Assembly (NCBI RefSeq): GCF_964355755.1
Contig: NC_092678.1
Coordinates: 10,786,352 to 10,850,351, forward strand
Reading direction: 5' to 3'
Length of the DNA: 64,000 nt
Origin: Antedon mediterranea
Taxonomy: Eukaryota; Animalia; Echinodermata
The notes below the pieces were generated by a model. It was not told the DNA's origin and did not search any database. It saw only the letters and a program-made list of their open reading frames with translations. Numbering within the stretch: position 1 is the stretch's first letter; each line of letters begins with the position of its first letter. Below are positions 1 to 10,179 of this stretch, one piece after another. The position numbers were made by a program, and so were the translations under genes.

Positions 1-2517
1 ACGTTTTTAAAACGATATTAAGCTATTTTGTGCTCTTTGATGTTTTTGTGTAACCAAGTTTCATCGAAATGAACAAAATGGTCTAAAACGTCTCCAAATG
101 CGATTTGAAGCTTTTCTAAGCACTTTGGTGTTTTTATGTTAACAAGTTTTTTCGAAAATCAAAAAATGGTCTAAAACGTCTCCAAATGCGATTTGAAGAT
201 ATTCTGAGCACTTTGCTGTTTTTATGTTAACAAGTTTTTTCGAAAATCACAAAATGGTCTAAAACGTCTCAAAATGCTATTTGAAGGTATTCTGAGCACT
301 TTGGTGTTTTTGTGTGAAAAGTTTTAACGAAATGCTCAAAATGGTCTAAAACGGTTCTAATGTGATTTTAAACACTTTGATGTTTTGTGTGAAAAAGTTT
401 TGTCAAAATGCTCAAAATGGTCTAAAACGTTTTTAAAACGATATTAAGCTATTTTGTGCTCTTTGATGTTTTTGTATAACCAAGTTTTTTCGAAAATCAC
501 AAAATGGTCTAAAACGTCTCCAAATGCGATTTGAAGATATTCTGAGCACTTTGGTGTTTTTATGTTAAAAAGTTTTTTCGAAAATCACAAAATGGTCTAA
601 AACGTCTCCAAATGCGATTTGAAGATATTCTGAGCACTTTGGTGTTTTTATGTTAAAAAGTTTTTTCGAAAATCACAAAATGGTCTAAAACGTCTCCAAA
701 TGCGATTTGAAGCTATTCTATACACTTTGATGTTTTGTGTTAAAAAGTTTTGTCGAAATGCTCAAAATGGTTTAAAACGTTTTTAAAACGATATTAAGCT
801 ATTTTGTGCTCTTTGATGTTTTTGTGTAACCAAGTTTCATCGAAATGAACAAAATGGTCTAAAACGTCTCCAAATGCGATTTGAAGCTTTTCCAAGCACT
901 TTGCTGTTTTTATGTTAACAAGTTTTTTCGAAAATCACAAAATTGTCTAAGACGTCTCAAAATGCGATTTGAAGGTATTCTGAGCACTTTGGTGTTTTTG
1001 TGTGAAAAGTTTTAACGAAAAGCTCAAAATGGTCTAAAACGGTTCTAATGTGATTTTAAGCACTTTGATGTTTTTGTACAACCAAGTTTCATCGAAATGC
1101 TCAAAATGGTCTAAAACGTTTTTAAAACGATATTAAGCTATTTTGTGCTCTTTGATGTTTTTGTGTAACCAAGTTTTTTCGAAAATCACAAAATGGTCTA
1201 AAACGTCTCCAAATGCGATTTGAAGCTTTTCTAAGCACTTTGGTGTTTTTATGTTAACAAGTTTTTTCGAAAATCACAAAATGGTCTAAAACGTCTCAAA
1301 ATGCGATTTGAAGGTATTCTGAGCACTTTGGTGTTTTTGTGTGAAAAGTTTTAACGAAATGCTCAAAATGGTCTAAAACGGTTTCTAATGTGATTTTAAC
1401 CACTTTGATGTTTTTGTGTAACCAAGTTCTTTTCGAAAATCACAAAATGGTCTAAAACGTCTCCAAATGCGATTTGAAGCTTTTCTAAGCACTTTGGTGT
1501 TTTTATGTTAACAAGTTTTTTCGAAAATCACAAAATGGTCTAAAACGTCTCAAAATGCGATTTGAAGGTATTCTGAGCACTTTGGTGTTTTTGTGTGAAA
1601 AGTTTTAACGAAATGCTCAAAATGGTCTAAAACGGTTTCTAATATGATTTTAACCACTTTGATGTTTTTGTGTAACCAAGTTTTTTCGAAAATCACAAAA
1701 TGGTCTAAAACGTCTCCAAATGCGATTTGAAGCTTTTCTAAGCACTTTGGTGTTTTTATGTTAACAAGTTTTTTCGAAAATCACAAAATGGTCTAAAACG
1801 TCTCCAAATGCGATTTGAAGCTATTCTGTACACTTTGATGTTTTGTGTGAAAAGTTTTAACGAAATGCTCAAAATTGTCTAAAACGGTTTCTAATGTGAT
1901 TTTAAGCACTTTGATGTTTTTGTAAAACCAAGTTTCATCGAAATGCACAAAATGGTCTAAAACGTCTCCAAATGCGATTTGAAGCTTTTCCAAGCACTTT
2001 GGTGTTTTTATGTTAACAAGGTTTTTCGAAAATCACAAAATGGTCTAAAACGTCTCCAAATGCGATTTGAAGCTTTTCCAAGCACTTTGCTGTTTTTATG
2101 TTAACAAGTTTTTTCGAAAATCACAAAATGGTCTAAAACGTCTCAAAATACGATATTAAGCTGTTTTGTGCACTTTGATGATTTGTGTGAAAAGTTTTAA
2201 CGAAATGCTCAAAATGGTCTAAAACGGTTTCTAATGTGATTTTAAGCACTTTGATGTATTTATGTAGCCAAGTTTTTTCGAAAATCACAAAATGGTCAAA
2301 AACGTCTCCAAATGCGATTTGAAGCTTTTCTAAGCACTTTGGTTTTTTTATGTTAACAAGTTTTTTCGAAAATCACAAAATGGTCTAAAACGTCTTCAAA
2401 TGCGATTTGAAGATATTCTGAGCACTTTGGTGTTTTTCTGTTAAAAAGTATTTTCGAAAATCACAAAATGGCCTAAAACGTCTCCAAATGCGATTTGAAG
2501 CTATTCTGTACACTTTG
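1..2517 (+). repeat. Satellite array, ~88-bp monomer (AAAATGGTCTAAAACGTCTCCAAATGCGATTTGAAGATATTCTGAGCACTTTGGTGTTTTTATGTTAAAAAGTTTTTTCGAAAATCAC and variants)
   Basis: TGGTCT anchor at 505, 593, 681 (88-bp period) and at 255, 342, 418 (87- and 76-bp variants). Several recurring monomer subtypes. Confidence 0.98.
2514..2517. other. Left target-site duplication TTTG
   Basis: Empty site CACTTTGATG (e.g. 55437-55446) versus filled site CAC-TTTG-[element]-TTTG-ATG. Confidence 0.93.
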
Positions 2518-2559
2518 CACAGCTGTTTCAAACATACGAATTAAGTCATGCGCCCTCAA
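2518..2559 (+). repeat. Left bipartite terminal inverted repeat
   Basis: CACAGCTGTTTCAA, 11-bp spacer (ACATACGAATT), AAGTCATGCGCCCTCAA. Confidence 0.92.
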
Positions 2560-2611
2560 CGTTACAAGTCGTATCGCTGGAGTAACAATACATAAACAAT
2601 TACTTACAAAT

Positions 2612-2670
2612 CCACGTGTGCAGAGTGGAGTCAAACGTCATTTAAAGACATGTTTTAAACAGCCAATGAG
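2612..2670 (+). promoter_or_regulatory. Possible promoter motifs near the left end (E-box CACGTG; CCAAT box AGCCAATGAG)
   Basis: Motif matches only, at ~2613 and 2661. Short motifs can occur by chance. Confidence 0.2.
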
Positions 2671-3114
2671 AATGAGATAAAAAAATAAAGGGTCGCTAAA
2701 AATATGAATATTCATTAAAGAGTCCCTGGATGAAACAAGCACGTTGTCGTTTTGTTTTTTACAAGGAATGTAACGCTGAAAATTAATGGAAGGGTGGACC
2801 ATAAAATACAAGCATATACCAATTTACGCACGTGAGTGACATTTCCAAATTTGGTACATGTTTGTTTGTCCGTATCTTTAAAAAATCTAATTTTCACTCT
2901 AATTCTTTGGTACTGCATGATAATTTAGTTATCTGTGAATGTTATAACATAGTATATGGTCGAGAGGTGATGGTTGAATTTTTGAGCTATGGCCGTTTCA
3001 AATTGTGTCATTTTTAGGCTTAGGCTTGTGTCTACTCTAGTTGCAACACTGCCTTTCATGTGACAGCTGACCCAAATGAGTTTGGAAATGTTACATTATA
3101 TTAATTATTTAGGC

Positions 3115-5720
3115 CTGGCTGGGTAGGGTAGGCATATACCAATATTATAGGCCCTATTTTTATTTTAATACTAGGCCTAGGCCCTTGCTAGACCTGTGTT
3201 CTCTAGCAGCCTACTACAGAGAAGCAGCTTTCCGGCTTAGTTAGCCTGGCCTTGAGTAGGCTAGCCTACTAGCCTAATAGGTATTAGTAGGCTACCTAAT
3301 TAAAATTAGGCCCAGGATCTACGCCTAGGCCTATATATTTTTAATATTATTTAATCATTATAATTAATTTTAGTTTTATTAAATTTACAGTATTCATTAC
3401 AAAAACTGTAAATTTAATATTATGAGGATTATATATACCCTATGTAACATGTATGCAATAGGGAATATTATAGGCCTATATGTATGTAATGATTACAATA
3501 TAAATAATGACAAGCATCATATTAACATTCGGTTTTGCTCATCACTGCATATTCAAATTAGTATGCAATCATATTAAAATTAATAAGTTAAGTTAATTTT
3601 ATAAAATTGTTATAATAATTATTAATGTTATACTATTGTAGATATATAGAGCAGTAACCTGAAGTGGCTAAGCAGATTTGGACCATACCTACCATCTATA
3701 TAGGTAAGATTATTTTGCTGTTCAAGAAGTAGCAAATATTAAATTGTGTACCATGCTATTAATTTGTAATATTAACAATCAATCACTACCACTGGCTGGG
3801 TAGGCTAGGCCTATATCATAGGCCCTATTTTTATTTTAATATACTAGCTAGACCTGTGCTCTCTATCACTAGCAGCAGCCTACAGAGAAGCAGCTTTCCA
3901 GCTTATTTAGCCTAGCCTAGAGCAATTAGGCTAGGTATAAGTAGGCTACCTAATTAGGCTAGGCTCTACGCCTATATAGGCCTATTATTATTTAATTATT
4001 ATTAATTTTTGTTTAATATATTTACAGTATTTATTTAAATAATGTTTCTTATGAGAATACCTGGTTATATATACCCTATGCAATGACATAAGGCATATAT
4101 GCCTACCCTGTATGTAATAATTACAATTATTATAAATAATGAATTTTAACATTCGTTTTTGCTCATCACTGCATATTCAAATTAGTATGTATGCAACCAT
4201 ATTAAATTTAATAAGCTAATTTTAAGTAATTCTTATAATAATGTTTTACTATTTTTTAGGTACATAGCGGCAACCCGAAGTGGCAAAAACATTTTAAACA
4301 GATTTGGACCAATACCTAGCAGCCTACCATCTATATACAGTAGGTAAGTTTATTTTATTGCTCAAGAACTAGTAAATTTTAAATTGTGTTTACCATGCTA
4401 TTAATTTTCAATATTAACAATCAATCACTACCACTGGCTGGGTAGGCTAGGCCTATATTATAGGCCCTATTTTTATTTTAATATACTAGCTAGACCTGTG
4501 CTCTCTAACACTAGCAGCCTACAGAGAAGCAGCTTTCCAGCTTATTTAGCCTAGCCTAGAGCAATAGGCTAGGTATAAGTAGACTACCTAATTAGGTCTA
4601 GGATCTACGCCTATATATTATTATTTAATTATTATTATTTTTAGTTTTAATATATTTACAGTATTTTATTTAAATAATGTTTATTATGAGAATACCTGGT
4701 TATATATACCCTATGCAATGACATAAGGCATATATGCCTACCCTGTATGTAATAATTACAATTACAATATTATAAATAATGAATTTAAACATTCGTTTTT
4801 GCTTATCACTGCATATTCAAATTAGTATGTATGCAACCATATTAAATTTAATAAGCTAATTTTAATTAATTCTTATAGTAATGTTTTACTATTTTTTAGG
4901 TACATAGCGGCAACCCGAAGTGGAAAAATCATTTTAAACAGATTTTGACCAATACCTATACCTATACCTACCATCTATATTATAGGTAAGTTTATTTTAC
5001 TGTTCAAGAACTAGTAAATTTTAAATTGTGTTTACCATGCTATTAATTTTCAATATAAACAACCAATCACTACCACTGGCTGGGTAGGCTAGGCCTATAT
5101 TATAGGCCCTATTTTTATTTTAATATACTAGCTAGACCTGTTTTCTCTTGCACTAGCAGCCTACAGAGAAGCAGCTTTCCAGCTTATTTAGCCTAGCCTA
5201 GAGCAATAGGCTAGGTATTAGTAGGCTACCTAATTAGGCCTAGAGGCTCTATGCCTATATATTATTATTTAATTATTATTAATTTTTATTTTTAATATAT
5301 TTACAGTATTTATTACAAATAATGTTTATTATGAGGATACCTGGTTATATATACCCTATGCAATGACATAAGGCATATATGCCTACCCTGTATGTAATAA
5401 TTACAATTATTATAAATAATGAATTTTAACATTTGTTTTTGCTCATCACTGCATATTCAAATTAGTATGTATGCAACCATAGTAAATTTAATAAGTTAAT
5501 TTTAATTAATTCTTATTATAATGTTATACTATTACTATTACTATTTTTTAGGTACATATATAGCGGCAACCCAAAATGGCTAAAACATTTTAAACAGATT
5601 TGGACCAATACCTATACCTACCATCTATATAGGTAAGTTTATTTTACTGTTCAAGAACTAGTAAATTTTAAATTGTGTTTACCATGCTATGAATGTGTAA
5701 CTTTAACAATCAATCACTAA
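3115..5720 (+). repeat. Four tandem ~640-680-bp units inside the transposon
   Basis: CTGGCTGGGTAGG anchor at 3115, 3792, 4434, 5076 (periods 677, 642, 642). Shared blocks AGAGAAGCAGCTTTCC and CACTGCATATTCAAATTAGTATG. Copy 1 is the most diverged. Confidence 0.93.
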
Positions 5721-5909
5721 CACATGTACAGTACAGCAGTAGTACTATCAATCAATAGTAATTAGTTAGTAATTGAAATATAGACATACTATAGTATTAC
5801 TTTTACATATTCATTATCATTAGGCATTGTTAAAAGGAAATCAATACAATGCAATATTCCTTTAACATTTAAAAATGTACAATATTTTATGATCATTAAT
5901 GTTAATGAA

Positions 5910-6193
5910 TCATTCTTTGTTGGCTTTCTTGCATTTGTTGGGTTTTATTATTTCATTTTGTATCATTGGAGATGTGAAAATCAGATGAGTCTAAGTTTGA
6001 CTCTAATCCACACTGCTGTTTTGTGACGGTTGAGTTTGGCATGTATTAGCTCCCCGCCTTGCTCAGAGACCCCCTTCCATTCTCTCATGAATGCAATAGC
6101 ATGGTGCTCAAGCATATGTAGCTTAGGCTGTATTACACCTGGTGCAATATGCCTGTATTCTGCTAAAAATACTTGTATGATATTTTTATGGAA
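5910..6193 (-). pseudogene. Transposase C-terminal catalytic fragment
   Basis: 6193-5981 translates to FHKNIIQVFLAEYRHIAPGVIQPKLHMLEHHAIAFMREWKGVSEQGGELIHAKLNRHKTAVWIRVKLRLI*. A shifted frame continues HLIFTSPMIQNEIIKPNKCKKANKE* to 5910. H-x4-H followed by SE-x3-E parallels RAG1 HKTLAH...SEGNE and Transib SEEAxE. Confidence 0.85.
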
Positions 6194-6476
6194 TTAAAAA
6201 ATACTTAATTTACACATTAATACATTTTATAATTTCAGAAATTTTGTGATGAAAAAGTCAATCTGTGGTGACTGTAGAATGGACCCAAGATCTGACTATC
6301 TTAGACATTTAAATAATAGAAAGTTCTGACAATTTTGTTGAATAGAAATATACAATGTATGATGTAATCTTAATTGAAAATTGGCGCTTTTTAAACTATG
6401 TATATAAATTAGGATGAGAAAACAGTTATTTGATTATGAGGTATGTTCATTTAATTAAATTTGTTAGTATAAACTT

Positions 6477-6867
6477 TCAAAAAGAGTGAAGATATAAAGA
6501 AGAAAAGCAGATTATGGAGCAGCTGTACCAGACAAAAAACTGTTCCCTTAAACGCCAGTGTGTTCTTTCACTTGTGAATGTAGTTTTGGCCCAGGTCATA
6601 GTTGTTGTTGAAGTGTAGCATGCCAAGCAATTTGGTCCATGCCCTGTTAATTTAAATGTTAGCGTGGTAGTATACAGTATCCATTGAAAATTCGCGAATG
6701 GCAGGTTGTATAAATGTATATAGGTTGTAATTTTACATTTGTTAGATTTAGTGCAAATTTGTGATGGTTTTCATATTTTTTAAGTTGTATTTTTTATCCT
6801 TTTCTTTAAATTTTGTTCCACAACAGAAGCAAGTAGAACGTAAAGCCTTTTCGTGAAACTGTGTTGC
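6477..6867 (-). pseudogene. Transposase N-terminal zinc-finger (Chapa / RAG1 N-terminal-like) fragment, frameshifted
   Basis: After a strong splice acceptor (minus strand TTTCTTTTCTTTTTTGTAG ending at 6868): ATQFHEKALRSTCFCCGTKFKEKDKKYNLKN. A second frame from 6770 reads KPSQICTKS...FKLTGHGPNCLACYTS. Compare RAG1 HQANLRHLCRICG...HPTEFCHNC...WHPHTPSCDIC. Confidence 0.75.
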
Positions 6868-7449
6868 CTACAAAAAAGAAAAGAAATTTTAATTTTACCA
6901 ACCTTTAATGTTATATTATATTTATCATACAGTAGTTTGAGTATTTTTGTATAGGCTTTAATTTTAAGGGCCTAGCTAGGCCTGGTAGTTAGTAGTTTTA
7001 CTAAATTTTTACATTTATGATGAATTATATTCAGTTGAAAAAAATACAATGATAATAATTAAGCTTATTATTTATTCTATTGTAAATTAAAATGATGTAT
7101 AGTATGATTACACTACTTATACGTACCAACTAGGCCTAGCTACAACCTAGGCCTAGTTGCGTACAGCCTAGCGAGCGGTTATCAGCCGCGTTCATCGACC
7201 TCTCGCCAAATACGCTGTTTCGCATTTAACAAAACAGTCGAGTTTTTACATGAAAATTTCTTGAGATTTTCACCGTCACCTCCTAACAATTCAATGTCTC
7301 ATGTAAGCATATATAATCAAACTTTTACCTAGATTTTCCAAGTATTTATGAAAATTACGAATAAAAACAAAAAGTGTACAATTTGACAAGCATTTTTTCA
7401 AACTTTCCATTGTTTACATTTGCTAGGCCGATCGATGTTAATTTTTAAA

Positions 7450-7457
7450 ACTTCCGG
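7450..7457 (-). promoter_or_regulatory. ETS-type motif CCGGAAGT upstream of the minus-strand transposase
   Basis: ACTTCCGG on the + strand, between the right TIR and the transposase remnants. CpG-richer patches at ~7150-7240 and ~7620-7705. Confidence 0.25.
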
Positions 7458-7695
7458 GTGTAAATAATTTCGTAAACTTTTTGTTATGCTTAATTACTTA
7501 CTATTTCCAAAAAATCGGTAATTAAGAATCTTATTTTCTAACAAATAGTATAAAAATGGTTTTATAATATTTATGACGAAATTGATTAAATTAATTTAAA
7601 GTGTAGTTATAAAAGTTGCAAATGTCGCGAAAGTTGAACGAGATTCAACCACTCGCGCGGCGTCACGCTCAGGCACATATCGCCGTCTGACAATA

Positions 7696-7747
7696 TTGAG
7701 GGCGCTTGACTTTTTCTATTTATTTTACATTGGTTGAAACAGCTGTG
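7696..7747 (-). repeat. Right bipartite terminal inverted repeat
   Basis: Reverse complement reads CACAGCTGTTTCAA, 21-bp spacer (CCAATGTAAAATAAATAGAAA), AAGTCAAGCGCCCTCAA. Confidence 0.92.
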
Positions 7748-7751
7748 TTTG
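7748..7751. other. Right target-site duplication TTTG
   Basis: The satellite resumes as TTTG-ATGTTTTGTGTG immediately after ...CAGCTGTG. Confidence 0.93.
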
Positions 7752-10179
7752 ATGTTTTGTGTGAAAAAGTTTTGTCAAAATGCTCAAAATGGTCTAAAAC
7801 GTTTTTAAAACGATATTAAGCTATTTTGTGCTCTTTGATGTGTTTGTATAACCAAGTTTTTTCGAAAATCACAAAATAGTCTAAAACGTCTCCAAATGCG
7901 ATTTGAAGCTTTTCCAAGCACTTTGCTGTTTTTATGTTAACAATTTTTTTCGAAAATCATAAAATGGTCTAAAACGTCTCCAAATGCGATTTGAAGCTAT
8001 TCTGTACACTTTGATGTTTTGTGTGAAAAGTTTTGTCGAAATGCTCAAAATGGTCTAAAACGTTTTTAAAACGATATTAAGCTATTTTGTGCTCTTTGAT
8101 GTTTTTGTGTAACCAAGTTTCATCGAAATGAACAAAATGGTCTAAAACGTCTCCAAATGCGATTTGAAGCTTTTCTAAGCACTTTGGTGTTTTTATGTTA
8201 ACAAGTTTTTTCGAAAATCACAAAATGGTCTAAAACGTCTCCAAATGCGATTTGAAGATATTCTGAGCACTTTGCTGTTTTTATGTTAACAAGTTTTTTC
8301 GAAAATCACAAAATGGTCTAAAACGTCTCAAAATGCTATTTGAAGGTATTCTGAGCACTTTGGTGTTTTTGTGTGAAAAGTTTTAACGAAATGCTCAAAA
8401 TGGTCTAAAACGGTTCTAATGTGATTTTAAGCACTTTGATGTTTTTGTATAACCAAGTTTCATCGAAATGCTCAAAATGGTCTAAAACGTTTTTAAAACG
8501 ATATTAAGCTATTTTGTGCTCTTTGATGTTTTTGTGTAACGAAGTTTCATCGAAATGAACAAAATGGTCTAAAACGTCTCCAAATGCGATTTGAAGCTTT
8601 TCCAAGCACTTTGCTGTTTTTATGTTAACAAGTTTTTTCGAAAATCACAAAATGGCCTAAAACGTCTCAAAATGCGATTTCAAGGTATTCTGAGCACTTT
8701 GGTGTTTTTGTGTGAAAGGTTTTAACGAAATGCTCAAAATGGTCTAAAACGGTTTCTAATGTGATTTTAAGCACTTTGATGTTTTTGTATAACCAAGTTT
8801 CATCGAAATGCACAAAATGGTCTAAAACGTCTCCAAATGCGATTTGAAGCTTTTCTAAGCACTTTGCTGTTTTTATGTTAACAAGTTTTTTCGAAAATCA
8901 CAAAATGGTCTAAAACGTCTCCAAATGCGATTTGAAGATATTCTGAGCACTTTGGTGTTTTTATGTTAAAAAGTTTTTTCGAAAATCACAAAATGGTCTA
9001 AAACGTCTCCAAATGCGATTTGAAGATATTCTGAGCACTTTGGTGTTTTTATGTTAAAAAGTTTTTTCGAAAATCACAAAATGGTCTAAAACGTCTCCAA
9101 ATGCGATTTGAAGCTATTCTGTACACTTTGATGTTTTGTGTGAAAAAGTTTTGTCGAAATGCTCAAAATGGTCTAAAACGTTTTTAAAACGATATTAAGC
9201 TATTTTGTGCTCTTTGATGTTTTTGTGTAACCAAGTTTTATCGAAATGAACAAAATGGTCTAAAACGTCTCCAAATGCGATTTGAAGCTTTTCTAAGCAC
9301 TTTGCTGTTTTTATGTTAACAAGTTTTTTCGAAAATCACAAAATGGTCTAAAACGTCTCCAAATGCGATTTGAAGATATTCTGAGCACTTTGGTGTTTTT
9401 ATGTTAAAAAGTTTTTTCGAAAATCACAAAATGGTCTAAAACGTCTCCAAATGCGATTTGAAGATATTCTGAGCACTTTGGTGTTTTTATGTTAAAAAGT
9501 TTTTTCGAAAATCACAAAATGGTCTAAAACGTCTCCAAATGCGATTTGAAGCTATTCTGTACACTTTGATGTTTTGTGTGAAAAAGTTTTGTCGAAATGC
9601 TCAAAATGGTCTAAAACGTTTTTAAAACGATATTAAGCTATTTTGTGCTCTTTGATGTTTTTGTGTAACCAAGTTTTATCGAAATGAACAAAATGGTCTA
9701 AAACGTCTCCAAATGCGATTTGAAGCTTTTCCAAGCACTTTGCTGTTTTTATGTTAACAAGTTTTTTCGAAAATCACAAAATGGTCTAAAACGTCTCAAA
9801 ATGCGATTTGAAGGTATTCTGAGCACTTTGGTGTTTTTGTGTGAAAAGTTTTAACGAAATGCTCAAAATTGTCTAAAACGGTTTCTAATGTGATTTTAAG
9901 CACTTTGATGTTTTTGTAAAACCAAGTTTCATCGAAATGAACAAAATGGTCTAAAATGTCTCCAAATGCGATTTGAAGCTTTTCCAAGCACTTTGCTGTT
10001 TTTATGTTAACAAGCTTTTTCGAAAATCACAAAATGGTCTAAAACGTCTCCAAATGCGATTTGAAGATATTCTGAGCACTTTGGTGTTTTTATGTTAAAA
10101 AGTTTTTTCGAAAATCACAAAATGGTCTAAAACGTCTCCAAATGCGATTTGAAGATATTCTAAGCACTTTGGTGTTTTT

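Larger units (their letters stand above)
2518..7747 (-). mobile_element. Non-autonomous/degenerate DNA transposon, Chapaev-like (CMC; RAG1/Transib-related), 5,230 bp
   Basis: Perfect 14-bp TIR CACAGCTGTTTCAA at both ends, 4-bp TSD, CAC...GTG termini. Minus-strand transposase remnants carry a RAG1-like N-terminal zinc finger and KLH...H / SEQGGE motifs. The family call rests on recalled diagnostics, not a database search. Confidence 0.88.

Noticed and set aside
2495-3017. Three short ORFs at the left end of the element
   Set aside because: One spans the satellite/TIR junction and the other two overlap on opposite strands. None has a recognisable motif.
7329-7410. Minus-strand ATG exon (MESLKKCLSNC...NL|GTAAAA) as the first coding exon of the transposase
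   Set aside because: Its donor phase (1) does not match the phase-0 zinc-finger exon at 6867 and it has no motif support. It may be UTR.
7633-7649. Small hairpin GTTGAA-CGAGA-TTCAAC near the right end (Helitron-like or terminator)
   Set aside because: Only a 6-bp stem. The element has TIRs and a TSD, unlike Helitrons.
2518-7747. Bona fide ProtoRAG/RAGL or Transib element
   Set aside because: Those make 5-bp TSDs, whereas the 5-bp flanks here differ (CTTTG vs TTTGA) and the empty site proves 4 bp. No RAG2-like kelch sequence or RSS nonamer was found.
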